DNA of 59,817 nt from positions 5,811 through 65,627 of the forward strand of contig JAUNPZ010000001.1 in the NCBI GenBank assembly GCA_030536455.1, in the 5' to 3' direction. Made by a program: the position numbers and the translations under genes. The notes beneath the pieces are model-generated. The model was given only the letters and a program-made list of their open reading frames with translations. It was not told the DNA's origin and did no database searches. This stretch comes from Lachnospiraceae bacterium. Its GTDB lineage: Bacteria; Bacillota; Clostridia; Lachnospirales; Lachnospiraceae. Shown here in pieces: positions 21,861-31,755 of this stretch (positions are counted from its first letter, which is position 1; each line of letters begins with the position of its first letter).

Positions 21861-21896
21861 CAGCCCGGCGTAAGGATTCGCCGGGCTGCTGTTTTG
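21861..21896 (+). terminator. Intrinsic terminator after glgD
   Basis: CAGCCCGGCG...CGCCGGGCTG then T-rich tract. Confidence 0.7.
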
Positions 21897-21934
21897 CTTT
21901 TGATTTTCGAACCTGCGCAAGAAAGGAGATTCCT

Positions 21935-22846
21935 ATGAAAATCATAGACGCACATGCCCATGTGGTTCAGTGCATCGCCGGAACCGGCTCCCAGGGCGAG
22001 CTTCGCCCCTGCGGCGGAGGCAGGGCGGCATACGCCACCGGACAAACCTTCCAGATGATTCCGCCGGAAATCGGCGAATACGACGCCACGCCGGAAGCCC
22101 TGCTCCGTGTGATGGACGCCCACGGAGTCGAAAAAGCCGTGCTTCTCCAGGGCAATTACTTCGGCTTCCAGAATCTTTACACCTACGAGGCCATCCAGAA
22201 ATACCCGGACCGTTTTACCGGTGCCGCCACCTATGACCCCTTCTGCCTCCAGGCAGAAAAGATTAAGGAAAACCTGTTTGACCATCTGGGCTTCCGAATC
22301 CTGAAATTCGAGGTCAGCAACGGCTCCGGCCTGATGAGCTATCACCCCACCGTAGATTTAAACGGCGAACTCATGCACCAGGTCTACCGCCATGCCGCCG
22401 AGCATGACTTAACCTTCGTCATCGACATCGGCCGCCCCGGAAACAACTGCTGGCAGCCGGATGCCCTTGCAAAAGCCATCCGGGAATATCCGGGGATGAA
22501 ATTTGTCATCTGCCATCTTCTGGCACCTCAGCTTGGCGACGGAGCGCTTTTAAAGGAATCCTTAAAAAAGTTTGCCCTGCCCAATGTCTGGTTTGACATC
22601 GCCGCCCTCTGCCTAAACAGCAGACCGGAAACCTATCCCTATCCCACTGCCATGGGCTATGTGCGGGATGCGGTGGAAATCCTCGGCCCTGACCGCCTGA
22701 TGTGGGGAAGCGACATGCCCTCCGCCATGACCAGGGACAGCTACCGGCATTTCATCGAATTCGTGACGGAAAATCCATATTTAAGTGGTGAAGAAAAACG
22801 GATGATTCTGTATGAGAATGCGGAGAGGGTGTATTTTTCGAGATAA
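21935..22846 (+). CDS. Amidohydrolase family protein (Amidohydro_2-like)
   Basis: IIDAHAH, ICHL, MWGSDMP, NAERVY; AAGGAG RBS. Confidence 0.9.
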   Translation: MKIIDAHAHVVQCIAGTGSQGELRPCGGGRAAYATGQTFQMIPPEIGEYDATPEALLRVMDAHGVEKAVLLQGNYFGFQNLYTYEAIQKYPDRFTGAATYDPFCLQAEKIKENLFDHLGFRILKFEVSNGSGLMSYHPTVDLNGELMHQVYRHAAEHDLTFVIDIGRPGNNCWQPDALAKAIREYPGMKFVICHLLAPQLGDGALLKESLKKFALPNVWFDIAALCLNSRPETYPYPTAMGYVRDAVEILGPDRLMWGSDMPSAMTRDSYRHFIEFVTENPYLSGEEKRMILYENAERVYFSR

Positions 22847-22863
22847 ATACCGGCTTTCCTCCT

Positions 22864-23649
22864 CTACATCTCCCGCCGTTCCCAGCTCTTCACCGCCCCC
22901 GCCGTGCAGAAGAGAACCACCGCCGCCGAAAGCGCCAGATATCCCGGCCGAAAGCCATGGGAAACCACCTCATACACATCAAAATACCGCAGAGGAGTCA
23001 GATCATTCATCCAGGCAAGCCCGGTATACTCCGCCGCAAATGATGTCCCGTAAAAAATCAGAACTGCTGCCGTTCCGGCTTTCATGGCAGCCGGATAGTG
23101 CTTCACCACTCCTGCAAGAAAGACTCCGACGGAAAACAGCACAAGCTGCGTCAGATACAGCCCGACGGCTGCGGCAATGGCCCCGTGGCTCTCCTCCAGG
23201 CCGCCCATGGGGAGAATCAGCAGCCAGTAACTGCACACTCCGGTAAATGCCGCAAAAACCGCCAGATGAATCGCCGAAGCAATCACCTTTGCCAGCACAA
23301 TTCTGGAACGGCGGACCGGCTTTGTAAACAGGTATTCCGAGGTTCCCCGCAGCTTTTCCTTCGCCACGCAGGTAATTCCCAGATACATGGCATAGGCAAA
23401 GGCAAGGATTCCGGTCCAGAAATACAGGCAGCCGTACCAGCCGAGCGCCGTATTCAAATCCCCACGCACGCCGAACATAATGCGGAGGATTTCGGGAAAT
23501 CCATCCATCATTTTCGCCATATCATCCAGACTGTCCTTCAGGGACAGAAATTCAAAATAACAGAATCCAATCAAAATCAGCATAATCGCCATCCAGATTA
23601 TCTGTACCTTTTCGGACAGACGAAGTTCATTCTTAATCAGTGTTTTCAT
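22864..23649 (-). CDS. ABC-2 type transporter permease
   Basis: KEKLRGTSEYLFTKPVRRSRI, TPLRYF, multiple TM segments. Confidence 0.9.
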   Translation of the reverse strand: MKTLIKNELRLSEKVQIIWMAIMLILIGFCYFEFLSLKDSLDDMAKMMDGFPEILRIMFGVRGDLNTALGWYGCLYFWTGILAFAYAMYLGITCVAKEKLRGTSEYLFTKPVRRSRIVLAKVIASAIHLAVFAAFTGVCSYWLLILPMGGLEESHGAIAAAVGLYLTQLVLFSVGVFLAGVVKHYPAAMKAGTAAVLIFYGTSFAAEYTGLAWMNDLTPLRYFDVYEVVSHGFRPGYLALSAAVVLFCTAGAVKSWERREM

Positions 23650-23664
23650 CCTGGTCTCCCCCTT

Positions 23665-24474
23665 TCACGAACGGAACGGAATATCTTTTTTCAGAAAAAT
23701 CCGGTACGCTGCCAGCAGACATACCGCAAGCAGAACGAAATACCAGACCACATAGCTCATTTCGTAAAAATGGTTCCGGGAAATCTCCGCCGCGCCGAAA
23801 AATGAAAACGGAGACAGAAAGCCGATGGCCCGGTTCCCCACCACACGGGAAAAGCTGGTGATGCAGTACTCGGTAAAAATCGCCAGTCCTGCCGTCAGAA
23901 GAGGATTCCGGTTATTGGAGAACCAGACGCCCGCAAGCAGCCCCATCGCCGCAAAAATCAGGGCCACGAAGAACAGCGACAGGGAAATCAGGAAAAACTC
24001 CCACCAGTCAAATCCCGGCTGGAACAGCAGAAGGGTCAAAAGCGAGGACAGCAGATACGCCAGTCCCACGATCAGCGTTCCGCAGAAAACCGTCCAAGCC
24101 TTCGCCCGGAATATTTCCCCGCGTGTATGAGGCTTCGTATACAGATACTCCGAGGTTTTCCCGGAAAATTCCCTGGTGTGGATGGAGATTCCGAAATGCA
24201 TTCCGAAGATTCCCGCTGCCAGCGCAAAAAAGCTGGTCAGGAAGGAATAAATCCCCAGCGGCGTTGTCAGGTAGTCCATGGACATTCCCACGGTTTGAAA
24301 AAAATCACTGGAGCCCAGGGTTTCAAAAAGAGCATTTCCGCCGGCTCCCGCGCTGTTCATCATGCTGTAATACACCGGCGTCATGGAAAAGATGCAGACT
24401 GCCAGGGCCGCCGCCCAGACCAGGATATATTTCCTGTAGTTTTTCATCTCATATTTAAAAATCACCATATCCAC
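23665..24474 (-). CDS. ABC-2 type transporter permease
   Basis: KTSEYLYTKPHTRGEIF, SPFSFF; paralog of adjacent permease. Confidence 0.9.
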   Translation of the reverse strand: MDMVIFKYEMKNYRKYILVWAAALAVCIFSMTPVYYSMMNSAGAGGNALFETLGSSDFFQTVGMSMDYLTTPLGIYSFLTSFFALAAGIFGMHFGISIHTREFSGKTSEYLYTKPHTRGEIFRAKAWTVFCGTLIVGLAYLLSSLLTLLLFQPGFDWWEFFLISLSLFFVALIFAAMGLLAGVWFSNNRNPLLTAGLAIFTEYCITSFSRVVGNRAIGFLSPFSFFGAAEISRNHFYEMSYVVWYFVLLAVCLLAAYRIFLKKDIPFRS

Positions 24475-24479
24475 ACCCC

Positions 24480-25367
24480 CTACTCATAGTAGTGCAGGAA
24501 AATCTCCTCCAGAGACGGTTCCTCCAGAAATACATCCTCCAGGTTCAGCCGCTGCAGCTTATCCAGAATGACGGTAATGCCGCCATTGTACATAAAGGAC
24601 GCCTGATTTCCTTCCGCATTTTCTCTGTAATCTGCAATTCCCGGAAGCTTAAAAAAGCCCTCCGGAATCCGTTCCCGCGCCGTAACCGAAACCTTTTTGT
24701 AGCCCTTCTCCCGCAGCGCTTTGATGGATTCGATGCTGACCAGTCTTCCTTCCTTTAAGATTGCCACCCGGTCACAAAGCCTCTGCACCTCACTCAGCAC
24801 ATGGGAGGACAGGAAAATGGTGGTTCCCCGTTCCTTCTCTTCCTTTAAGATTTCGTAAAATGCCTGCTGGATCAGCGGGTCCAGACCGGAGGTGGGCTCG
24901 TCCATAATCAACAGCTTTGGGGCGGTCATCAGCGCCGACACAATCCCCACCTTTTTCCGGTTGCCCAGCGACAGATCCGCGATTTTTCTGGACACATCCA
25001 GGTTCAGCCGCTCCGCCAGCTCACGCATCCGGACATCGCACTGCTTTCCGTAAAGGTCCGCCGTGTACTGCAGAAGCTCCCGCACCTTCATATTCTGGTA
25101 ATAGCTGTCCTCGCTGGGAAGATACCCCAGGTCCTTGGCAATCACGCTGGCCTTCGTCTGGCAGTCCATGCCGAAGATCGCGGCATTTCCCCCGGTCGGT
25201 CGAATCAGACCCATCAGGGTACGGATGGTCGTCGATTTTCCTGCGCCGTTGGGACCGATAAATCCGAAAATCTCGCCCTCTTCCACCGAAAAGCTGAGAC
25301 CGTTGATTCCCCTGTGCTTCCCGTAGTTTTTCGTCAGTTCATTCAACACGATAACCGGCTCTCTCAT
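24480..25367 (-). CDS. ABC transporter ATP-binding protein
   Basis: GPNGAGKST, LSLGNRKK, MDEPTSGLDP, SSHVLSEV. Confidence 0.95.
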   Translation of the reverse strand: MREPVIVLNELTKNYGKHRGINGLSFSVEEGEIFGFIGPNGAGKSTTIRTLMGLIRPTGGNAAIFGMDCQTKASVIAKDLGYLPSEDSYYQNMKVRELLQYTADLYGKQCDVRMRELAERLNLDVSRKIADLSLGNRKKVGIVSALMTAPKLLIMDEPTSGLDPLIQQAFYEILKEEKERGTTIFLSSHVLSEVQRLCDRVAILKEGRLVSIESIKALREKGYKKVSVTARERIPEGFFKLPGIADYRENAEGNQASFMYNGGITVILDKLQRLNLEDVFLEEPSLEEIFLHYYE

Positions 25368-25981
25368 ACCAGATATTCCTCCTTATAAAAATTGTTCCGC
25401 AGCACTGCAATATAGGTTTCAAACTCAGACACCACCGTGTCAAAATCAAAGGCTTCCCGGCTGCGGTAATGGGCCGCATAGCCCTCTGCCATCAGTATCA
25501 GCATCCGGAAAACCGGTTCCACATCCTCCGGATTTTTAAACCGGACCGCATCCGTCTCCCGCAGAACCAGTTCCTCCCGGAACTGACCGGACTCATCCAT
25601 GAGAGCTGCCAGCACATCCCGCACCTCCTCCGAATCCTCCTCCCAGGCCCCGGCGATAAACTGGGTGAGGAAGGGCTGTCTCTTTAAAGTCTCCGCCTTC
25701 ATCCGGGCGGATGCCAGAATCCGCTCAAAAAGATCTGCCTCTTCGTCCAGCGCCTCCCTGTCAAACATCTCCATAGTTATCCCCTTACAGTATTCCAGCA
25801 GGAACTGATACAACTGCTTTTTGCTTCCAAAATACTGAAAAACCGAAGCTTTGGAAATATGCGCCGCCTCCGCAATATCCTGAATCGACGTTTTTTCATA
25901 TCCATACCTGCCGAAACACTGCAGCGCCGCATTGATAATGCTCTGCTTCTTTTCCTCCGGGAGCGCGTAAAATTTCTCCAT
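25364..25981 (-). CDS. TetR/AcrR family transcriptional regulator
   Basis: IINAALQCFGRYGYEKTSIQDIAEAAHISKASVFQYFGSK HTH; start re-picked. Confidence 0.93.
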   Translation of the reverse strand: MEKFYALPEEKKQSIINAALQCFGRYGYEKTSIQDIAEAAHISKASVFQYFGSKKQLYQFLLEYCKGITMEMFDREALDEEADLFERILASARMKAETLKRQPFLTQFIAGAWEEDSEEVRDVLAALMDESGQFREELVLRETDAVRFKNPEDVEPVFRMLILMAEGYAAHYRSREAFDFDTVVSEFETYIAVLRNNFYKEEYLV

Positions 25982-26087
25982 CCTGATATCCCTTCCTTTC
26001 AAATTCTTACAAATTTCCACAAATTCCGCAGTGGTTCCGTCCTTCACCGCCACAGCAAATGTCCTGGATTTCCCACACAACGCAAAA

Positions 26088-26140
26088 ACCGAATCGGTTA
26101 TTTCCGGTTTCATCGTACCACAAATAACCGATTCGGTCAA
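26088..26140 (-). promoter_or_regulatory. Promoter with two palindromic operators for the tetR-ABC operon
   Basis: TTGACC-17 bp-TACGAT; perfect 16-bp inverted repeat 26088-26103/26122-26137, each arm containing ACCGA-n-TCGGT. Confidence 0.8.
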
Positions 26141-26169
26141 TGCATAATTTTCTCTTCCGCCCTGCCGCT

Positions 26170-26700
26170 CTACCGGAATACCTCAAACATCACCCTTCTG
26201 CCAAGATGCTCCGCAAAGTTATGGTATTCCTCTTCCGATATCACGCCGGGATATGTCATGACGACAAGCGCATGACCCGCATTCTCCGGATGGTACGGCG
26301 GATGAACGTGCGGATATGGATTTTCCACAAACCCGCACCGCTCATAAAATCCCTTTCTCCGCTCTGCAACCGGGTCAGCCGGAGGGTCGATTTCCAGAAT
26401 CAGCGTTTTCTTTTTCTCCTTCATAAGATTCAGCGCTGCCTCCCCATATCCGTGATTCCGCGCCTCCGGCCGTATGCAGAAATGCTCGATATACAGAAAA
26501 TCCCCGGTTTCCCAATACAGAATCAGGCCCACAAAATCCGCTCCGTCATAAATCAAATCAAAATGATACTCCCCATCCGAAAGAATCCGCTCCTGAGAAA
26601 ATGCCTCACGCTGCTCATGCTGCGGAAAGCTGATTCGGTACAGCTCCAGCGCCTTCTGATACATCGGATGTGGGGCATCCGTAATTCGGTCAAAATTCAT
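26170..26700 (-). CDS. GNAT family N-acetyltransferase
   Basis: YIEHFCIRPEARNHGYG, RRKGFYERCGF. Confidence 0.9.
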   Translation of the reverse strand: MNFDRITDAPHPMYQKALELYRISFPQHEQREAFSQERILSDGEYHFDLIYDGADFVGLILYWETGDFLYIEHFCIRPEARNHGYGEAALNLMKEKKKTLILEIDPPADPVAERRKGFYERCGFVENPYPHVHPPYHPENAGHALVVMTYPGVISEEEYHNFAEHLGRRVMFEVFR

Positions 26701-26728
26701 ATCCGTTCTCCTCCATAAATCTCTCATT

Positions 26729-27331
26729 CTATAACCCGCAGATATTCACCAAGAATAGCTTAATCATCGCGGCCCCAAGAAAGGCTCCTCCTATCGTTAT
26801 CACAATCTGAACGATTTTAGGAAGACCTGCAAACTTAGAATGCTGATTCCGATTCTGTATTTTACTTAATAACCCGGTTGTATACAGGGGCATCAGCAGC
26901 ACCGTAACAAAAACCAGGGTCTGACAGTACAGCGACAGTTTTTCAAATAACCAGTTCTGCGTACCAGCGTCCGTAATATCAAGGATAAAATATCCCCCCA
27001 GCGCGCACAGCCCCATAATGCTTAGCTGCCGTATATTCCGGATAATCGTTTCCTTTTCCGCCGCTGCATAATCCGACATTTTTTCCGCAACTTCCCTTGT
27101 CTCTTCCTTCATGTTCCCGCCCTTCCTCTCTCCATTGATGATTTCCGGAATACTCACATCAAAAAAGCCGGCCAGCTCCGTCAATAAACTGATGTCCGGC
27201 ATATTGCTTCCCGTCTCCCAGCGCGAAATCGTCCGCCCGGAAACATTTAATTTTTCCGCCAGCTGCTCCTGAGTCAGTCCCTCTTCCTTTCGAAGTTCTC
27301 TTAAAAAACTTCCTATCTTCTTTTGATTCAT
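26729..27331 (-). CDS. XRE-family HTH regulator with C-terminal TM segments
   Basis: LTQEQLAEKLNVSGRTISRWETGSNMPD. Confidence 0.9.
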   Translation of the reverse strand: MNQKKIGSFLRELRKEEGLTQEQLAEKLNVSGRTISRWETGSNMPDISLLTELAGFFDVSIPEIINGERKGGNMKEETREVAEKMSDYAAAEKETIIRNIRQLSIMGLCALGGYFILDITDAGTQNWLFEKLSLYCQTLVFVTVLLMPLYTTGLLSKIQNRNQHSKFAGLPKIVQIVITIGGAFLGAAMIKLFLVNICGL

Positions 27332-27411
27332 GTCATTCCTTCCTTTCAGCAATAGAATAACTCGTATGGGAATCAAGGAACACGACATAAAGCGAGAAAC
27401 CATTCTTCGCT

Positions 27412-27437
27412 TCAGCCGGACACACTTGTCCGGCTGA
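27412..27437. terminator. Hairpin downstream of the ecsC-like gene
   Basis: TCAGCCGGACA-CACT-TGTCCGGCTGA. Confidence 0.55.
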
Positions 27438-27445
27438 GGAAATGC

Positions 27446-28264
27446 TTATTTTCTGATATGCTCCAATTCCTCTGCCTTGTATTTCATCAAAAACCGTTTC
27501 TTGTATTTTATCTTCGCATACTCGGAAATCTGTTTCATATAGACCACATCATAAGCGCCTCCGATTGCGCCCACAATCGGGATGCCCTGCAGAAATTTCA
27601 TATAAAGCAATTCTCCGGAAAGCATCTTGCTGGTGCTTGTAATCTGAGCAGCCAGGATATCCTTCTCCGGCGCACAGGGATTTTCCATATAGGACTCGAT
27701 TTTCCGGTCCGTTTCCATCAGATGCTCCCCATACGATACCGCTCCCTCTATGAGAAGCAGGATAAAATATTTCTCCTGTTCGGATTCATATTCAAATCCG
27801 TAGCAGAGCGCGATTTCATACACGCATCGGAAAAGCATTGTCGTGAAAATCGGAATATCCGGGAGGCCCACACCCACAAGTCCCATGCCGATTCCGGACA
27901 TTCCCGACAATGCCAAGTTGGCATTTCCCGCCTGCCCGGCTTTCTTAGAAAAAGCTTTCAGGGATTTGCGGCTTTTGCGAATCTCATCTGCGTAAAGATG
28001 AATCTGAAAATCCTTTTCCATCTCATCCTTACGATAAGTTTTTTCAATACCGCTGAGCCCCTTTTCTAAAATAACAGCAAATGCCTTTTCAAATGCAGCA
28101 TTCAAGGTGTGCTGCAGCTTATCCGGAACCTTTTCCGACAGCATCCGGTTCCATGCGGTTTCCTTTTTGCTTCCCCGCTGTTCGAGAAACTGCTGCTCCT
28201 TCCTGCACAGCGCCTCCCACTCTTTCTGCGCGGGAGATTTTCCTGCCTGTTTAAAAATTTTCAT
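27446..28264 (-). CDS. EcsC family protein
   Basis: GVGLPDIPIF, IALCYGF, QGIPIVGAIGGA. Confidence 0.85.
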   Translation of the reverse strand: MKIFKQAGKSPAQKEWEALCRKEQQFLEQRGSKKETAWNRMLSEKVPDKLQHTLNAAFEKAFAVILEKGLSGIEKTYRKDEMEKDFQIHLYADEIRKSRKSLKAFSKKAGQAGNANLALSGMSGIGMGLVGVGLPDIPIFTTMLFRCVYEIALCYGFEYESEQEKYFILLLIEGAVSYGEHLMETDRKIESYMENPCAPEKDILAAQITSTSKMLSGELLYMKFLQGIPIVGAIGGAYDVVYMKQISEYAKIKYKKRFLMKYKAEELEHIRK

Positions 28265-28278
28265 ATCTATTTTCCTTC

Positions 28279-28791
28279 TTATAATCGGTTCCGAATGGCT
28301 TCCACGGTCTGCTGTGGTGTCTGCCTGGAGTTGTCCAGCCAGAAGCCAATCCGGGGCGTCATCTGCATAAATGCATGGTATAATTCTTCCGCCGCAAAGC
28401 CCGAATAGCCTGTCTTCCCACGGTGCTGCTCCCGTTCCTTTATCGTTTCCACATCCGGGCAGAGCACCACCACCTCCACCGGATAGGAATGCAGCTCATT
28501 CAGCATTCGGTTTAACTCATCGCCGTAATAATTATCCTGAATCACCACAGAAAAGCCATGGTCAAAGTAAGACTTTGCCGCATCAGCAGTCAGCTTATAT
28601 CGAAGATGAAGCTGACGAACCGCTTCTTCTGACGGCGCAGCCGACATCTCCTCTCTTCCCGAAACAATCATCTTGCGGAATATATCCCCGCGAAGATGAA
28701 CGCATCTCTCCAATGAAGCAGCCAGCAAATCAGAAACCGTCGATTTGCCAGAGGCCATCAGGCCGGTAATCAGGTACATTTTTTGATGCAT
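28279..28791 (-). CDS. Small P-loop kinase/phosphotransferase (AAA_33-like)
   Basis: ITGLMASGKST, HLRGDIFRKMI; GGAGG RBS. Confidence 0.85.
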   Translation of the reverse strand: MHQKMYLITGLMASGKSTVSDLLAASLERCVHLRGDIFRKMIVSGREEMSAAPSEEAVRQLHLRYKLTADAAKSYFDHGFSVVIQDNYYGDELNRMLNELHSYPVEVVVLCPDVETIKEREQHRGKTGYSGFAAEELYHAFMQMTPRIGFWLDNSRQTPQQTVEAIRNRL

Positions 28792-28882
28792 TTTAATTTC
28801 CTCCAATGCAGACTTTATAAAAGAGCAGCAACAATACTGCTTAGATAAACGTTCTTTCGCTTTCGGGACAGCCACCCGAATA

Positions 28883-29053
28883 TCATTTTTTACCGACAAT
28901 CATCACATGATTACTAGCCCCCAAAATGGATTCTTCTCTGCATACGCTATAATGATAATCGCACCAGACTTTAAACGCTTCCTCCGTCCAACGGTCAACC
29001 TTAGAGGCAAATAACGGAGTCAGACCATCTTGTGCAAAAGTATTTTTCATCAT
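28883..29053 (-). pseudogene. C-terminal remnant of a class I SAM-dependent methyltransferase
   Basis: Manual translation FAQDGLTPLF...WCDYHYSVCREESILGASNHVMIVGKK resembles the C-terminus of clostridial class I methyltransferases; 56 aa, below ORF cutoff. Confidence 0.6.
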
Positions 29054-29321
29054 CGTGTCTTAAGACACCGGTTTGGGTAATTTGAGCCGCAAACATACTC
29101 ATATCAGTATAGAAATCCCAAACTGACTTTATTGTACTTTATATTTTTCCCAGCCGCAAGACTATAAGAAATAATAAAATCACAGAATATTCTGCCTCAA
29201 AACTTCCTGTCATGCCAGGCTCCACATGCTATAATAAAATGTACCATATTTTTTCTTTCTTGTAACATTTCCCGGACATTTACCTGTTATACTATCTGCA
29301 AAACGAAAAGGACGTGAAAAC

Positions 29322-30011
29322 ATGAAAAAGATTTTGATTGTCGAAGACGACTGTCTTTTAAATAAAACACTTGCCTACAATCTGGCAGCGGATAACTACT
29401 GCGTAACGGCTGTTCTGAACACAGGAGCCGCCGCTGAAGCATTAAAAGCATCTCGATTTGACCTGGTTCTGCTGGATATCAATCTGCCGGATGGAAACGG
29501 CTATGACCTATGCCGCCTGATTAAGCCGGAACACCCTGACACCATCGTTATCTTTCTGACCGCCAATGACCAGGAAAACGACCAGATTCAGGGTTATGAA
29601 GCCGGAGCGGTAGATTACATTACAAAGCCATTTTCCATCGGCGCTTTACAGCGAAAAATCAAGGCTATGTTCGCTATGCTGGAGCATCATAAACCTTCAA
29701 AGGACATCTACGATGACGGCAGCCTGTTTCTCGATTTTTCAGAGCCGCTTGCCGTCTTGAACGGGAAAACACTAAACCTGTCAGCAGCGGAATATAACAT
29801 GCTGAACCTGTTCCACAAAAATCCGAAACAGGTACTGACACGTCAGCAGCTATTGGAAAAGCTGTGGGATGTGGATGAGAAGTATGTAGATGAACACACA
29901 CTCACCACTTCCATCAGCCGTATCCGCTCCAAAATTGAAGCAGACGGCGATACCTATATCAAGACTGTTTACGGCATGGGCTATCAATGGACGGGAGGAG
30001 AAAAGAAATGA
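29322..30011 (+). CDS. OmpR-family response regulator
   Basis: IVEDD, LLDINLPDGNG, DYITKPF, IKTVYGMGY. Confidence 0.95.
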   Translation: MKKILIVEDDCLLNKTLAYNLAADNYCVTAVLNTGAAAEALKASRFDLVLLDINLPDGNGYDLCRLIKPEHPDTIVIFLTANDQENDQIQGYEAGAVDYITKPFSIGALQRKIKAMFAMLEHHKPSKDIYDDGSLFLDFSEPLAVLNGKTLNLSAAEYNMLNLFHKNPKQVLTRQQLLEKLWDVDEKYVDEHTLTTSISRIRSKIEADGDTYIKTVYGMGYQWTGGEKK

Positions 30012-31039
30012 AGCAGAACCATCTTTCCGTCAAAAGCCTGTGCCTCATCGTTGGTACCGGAATGTTTTTTTCTATGCTGGCGATTACCATTGTCCTCAGC
30101 ATCCTCATAAAGGATATCCAGATTCTCATTGCAGGCGGAATCTTAACTCTCTGCGCCGTTATCTGGCTGTGGGTACTTGTGATGCTCTTCGGGAAGGAAC
30201 TTTCACGCTTTACCTCGGATTTATGCTGTACATTAGACCATATGATTGACGGCGGCGAGGAGCCCAAACAGGCCGAACACAGAGAAACCCTCTTTGCCCG
30301 TATCAGCCACCGTCTGATCCGGCTGTATGGAATCATGCAGGAGAGCCGCCGCAGGATGGACAAGGAACGGCAGGAACTTCAAATGCTGGTGTCCGATATT
30401 TCCCATCAGGTCAAAACCCCGGTCAGCAATCTCAGAATGATAACAGACACGCTTCTGACAAAAAATGTTACGGAACAGGAACAAACTGAATTTCTGCATG
30501 GTATCCGAAGCCAGACTGACAAATTGGATTTTCTTTTTCAGGCGCTTATTAAAACTTCCCGGCTGGAAACCGGTGTTGTCCGGCTGGAAAAGAAAGAAGA
30601 GCGTTTGTTCCATACTTTGGCGCAGGCCATGAGCGGAATTGTCTATGCAGCCGAACAAAAGAATATCACCGTAACGGTTGACTGTCCGGAAAATATATGT
30701 CTGGCTCATGACAGCAAATGGACGAGTGAGGCTCTTTTTAACCTGCTGGACAATGCCGTAAAGTACACTCCTGCCGGAGGACAAATCCGGGTAAATGTGG
30801 AACAATGGGAAATGTACGTCAAGATTGATATCCGCGATACCGGAAAGGGCATCTCCGAATCCAATCAGGCCGCCGTCTTCCGGCGTTTCTATCGGGAACA
30901 GGAGGTACATGATACGCCAGGCGTTGGTATTGGCCTGTTTCTTGCCCGCGAAATCATTACAAGACAGGGCGGATATATCAAGGTTGTATCCGAAGTCGGA
31001 AAAGGCTCTACTTTCTCCGTATTTCTTCCCAGCCGCTGA
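30008..31039 (+). CDS. Sensor histidine kinase (intramembrane-sensing type)
   Basis: Two adjacent TM helices, SHQVKTP H-box, NLLDNAVKY, DTGKGI, GIGLFL; ATGA overlap. Confidence 0.95.
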   Translation: MKQNHLSVKSLCLIVGTGMFFSMLAITIVLSILIKDIQILIAGGILTLCAVIWLWVLVMLFGKELSRFTSDLCCTLDHMIDGGEEPKQAEHRETLFARISHRLIRLYGIMQESRRRMDKERQELQMLVSDISHQVKTPVSNLRMITDTLLTKNVTEQEQTEFLHGIRSQTDKLDFLFQALIKTSRLETGVVRLEKKEERLFHTLAQAMSGIVYAAEQKNITVTVDCPENICLAHDSKWTSEALFNLLDNAVKYTPAGGQIRVNVEQWEMYVKIDIRDTGKGISESNQAAVFRRFYREQEVHDTPGVGIGLFLAREIITRQGGYIKVVSEVGKGSTFSVFLPSR

Positions 31040-31074
31040 CAAACGATTAAACCGCCAGAAAGGAATTTATCGAT

Positions 31075-31752
31075 ATGAACATTTTACAGACAATTGACTT
31101 GAAAAAATACTACGGCACAGAGCCAAACATTACGCGTGCGCTTGACGGCGTGAATTTTGCCGCAGAGCAGGGGGAGTTTGTCGCTGTGGTTGGAACTTCC
31201 GGCAGCGGTAAATCTACGCTGCTTCATATGATGGGCGGACTGGATACCCCAACTTCCGGGAGCGTAATGGTCCGCGGAGAAGAGCTGGCACGCAAAAAGG
31301 AAGAAGAACTGACGATTTTCCGCCGCCGTAATATCGGCTTCATCTTTCAAAACTACAATCTGGTGCCGGTTTTGAATGTGTATGAAAACATCGTCCTTCC
31401 TGTGGAGCTGGACGGCGACACAGCCGATTCCAAATTCATGAATGAAATTGTACAGATGCTGGCTCTGAAAGATAAGCTTAAGAGCATGCCCCGCAGTCTT
31501 TCCGGAGGACAGCAGCAGCGCGTGGCAATTGCCCGTGCTCTGATTACAAAACCGGCAATCATTCTTGCCGACGAACCAACCGGGAATCTGGACAGCAGGA
31601 CCAGTGCTGATGTAATGGGACTGTTGAAGCGCACCAGCAAAGAATTTAACCAAACCCTCGTCATGATTACCCATAATAACGAAATTGCCCAGCTTGCCGA
31701 CCGCATTGTGCGGATTGAGGATGGCAAAATCGCAGACCAAAGGAGGCGGTAG
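31075..31752 (+). CDS. ABC transporter ATP-binding protein (LolD/MacB type)
   Basis: [32 protein letters not shown]. Confidence 0.95.
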   Translation: MNILQTIDLKKYYGTEPNITRALDGVNFAAEQGEFVAVVGTSGSGKSTLLHMMGGLDTPTSGSVMVRGEELARKKEEELTIFRRRNIGFIFQNYNLVPVLNVYENIVLPVELDGDTADSKFMNEIVQMLALKDKLKSMPRSLSGGQQQRVAIARALITKPAIILADEPTGNLDSRTSADVMGLLKRTSKEFNQTLVMITHNNEIAQLADRIVRIEDGKIADQRRR

Positions 31753-31755
31753 CTT

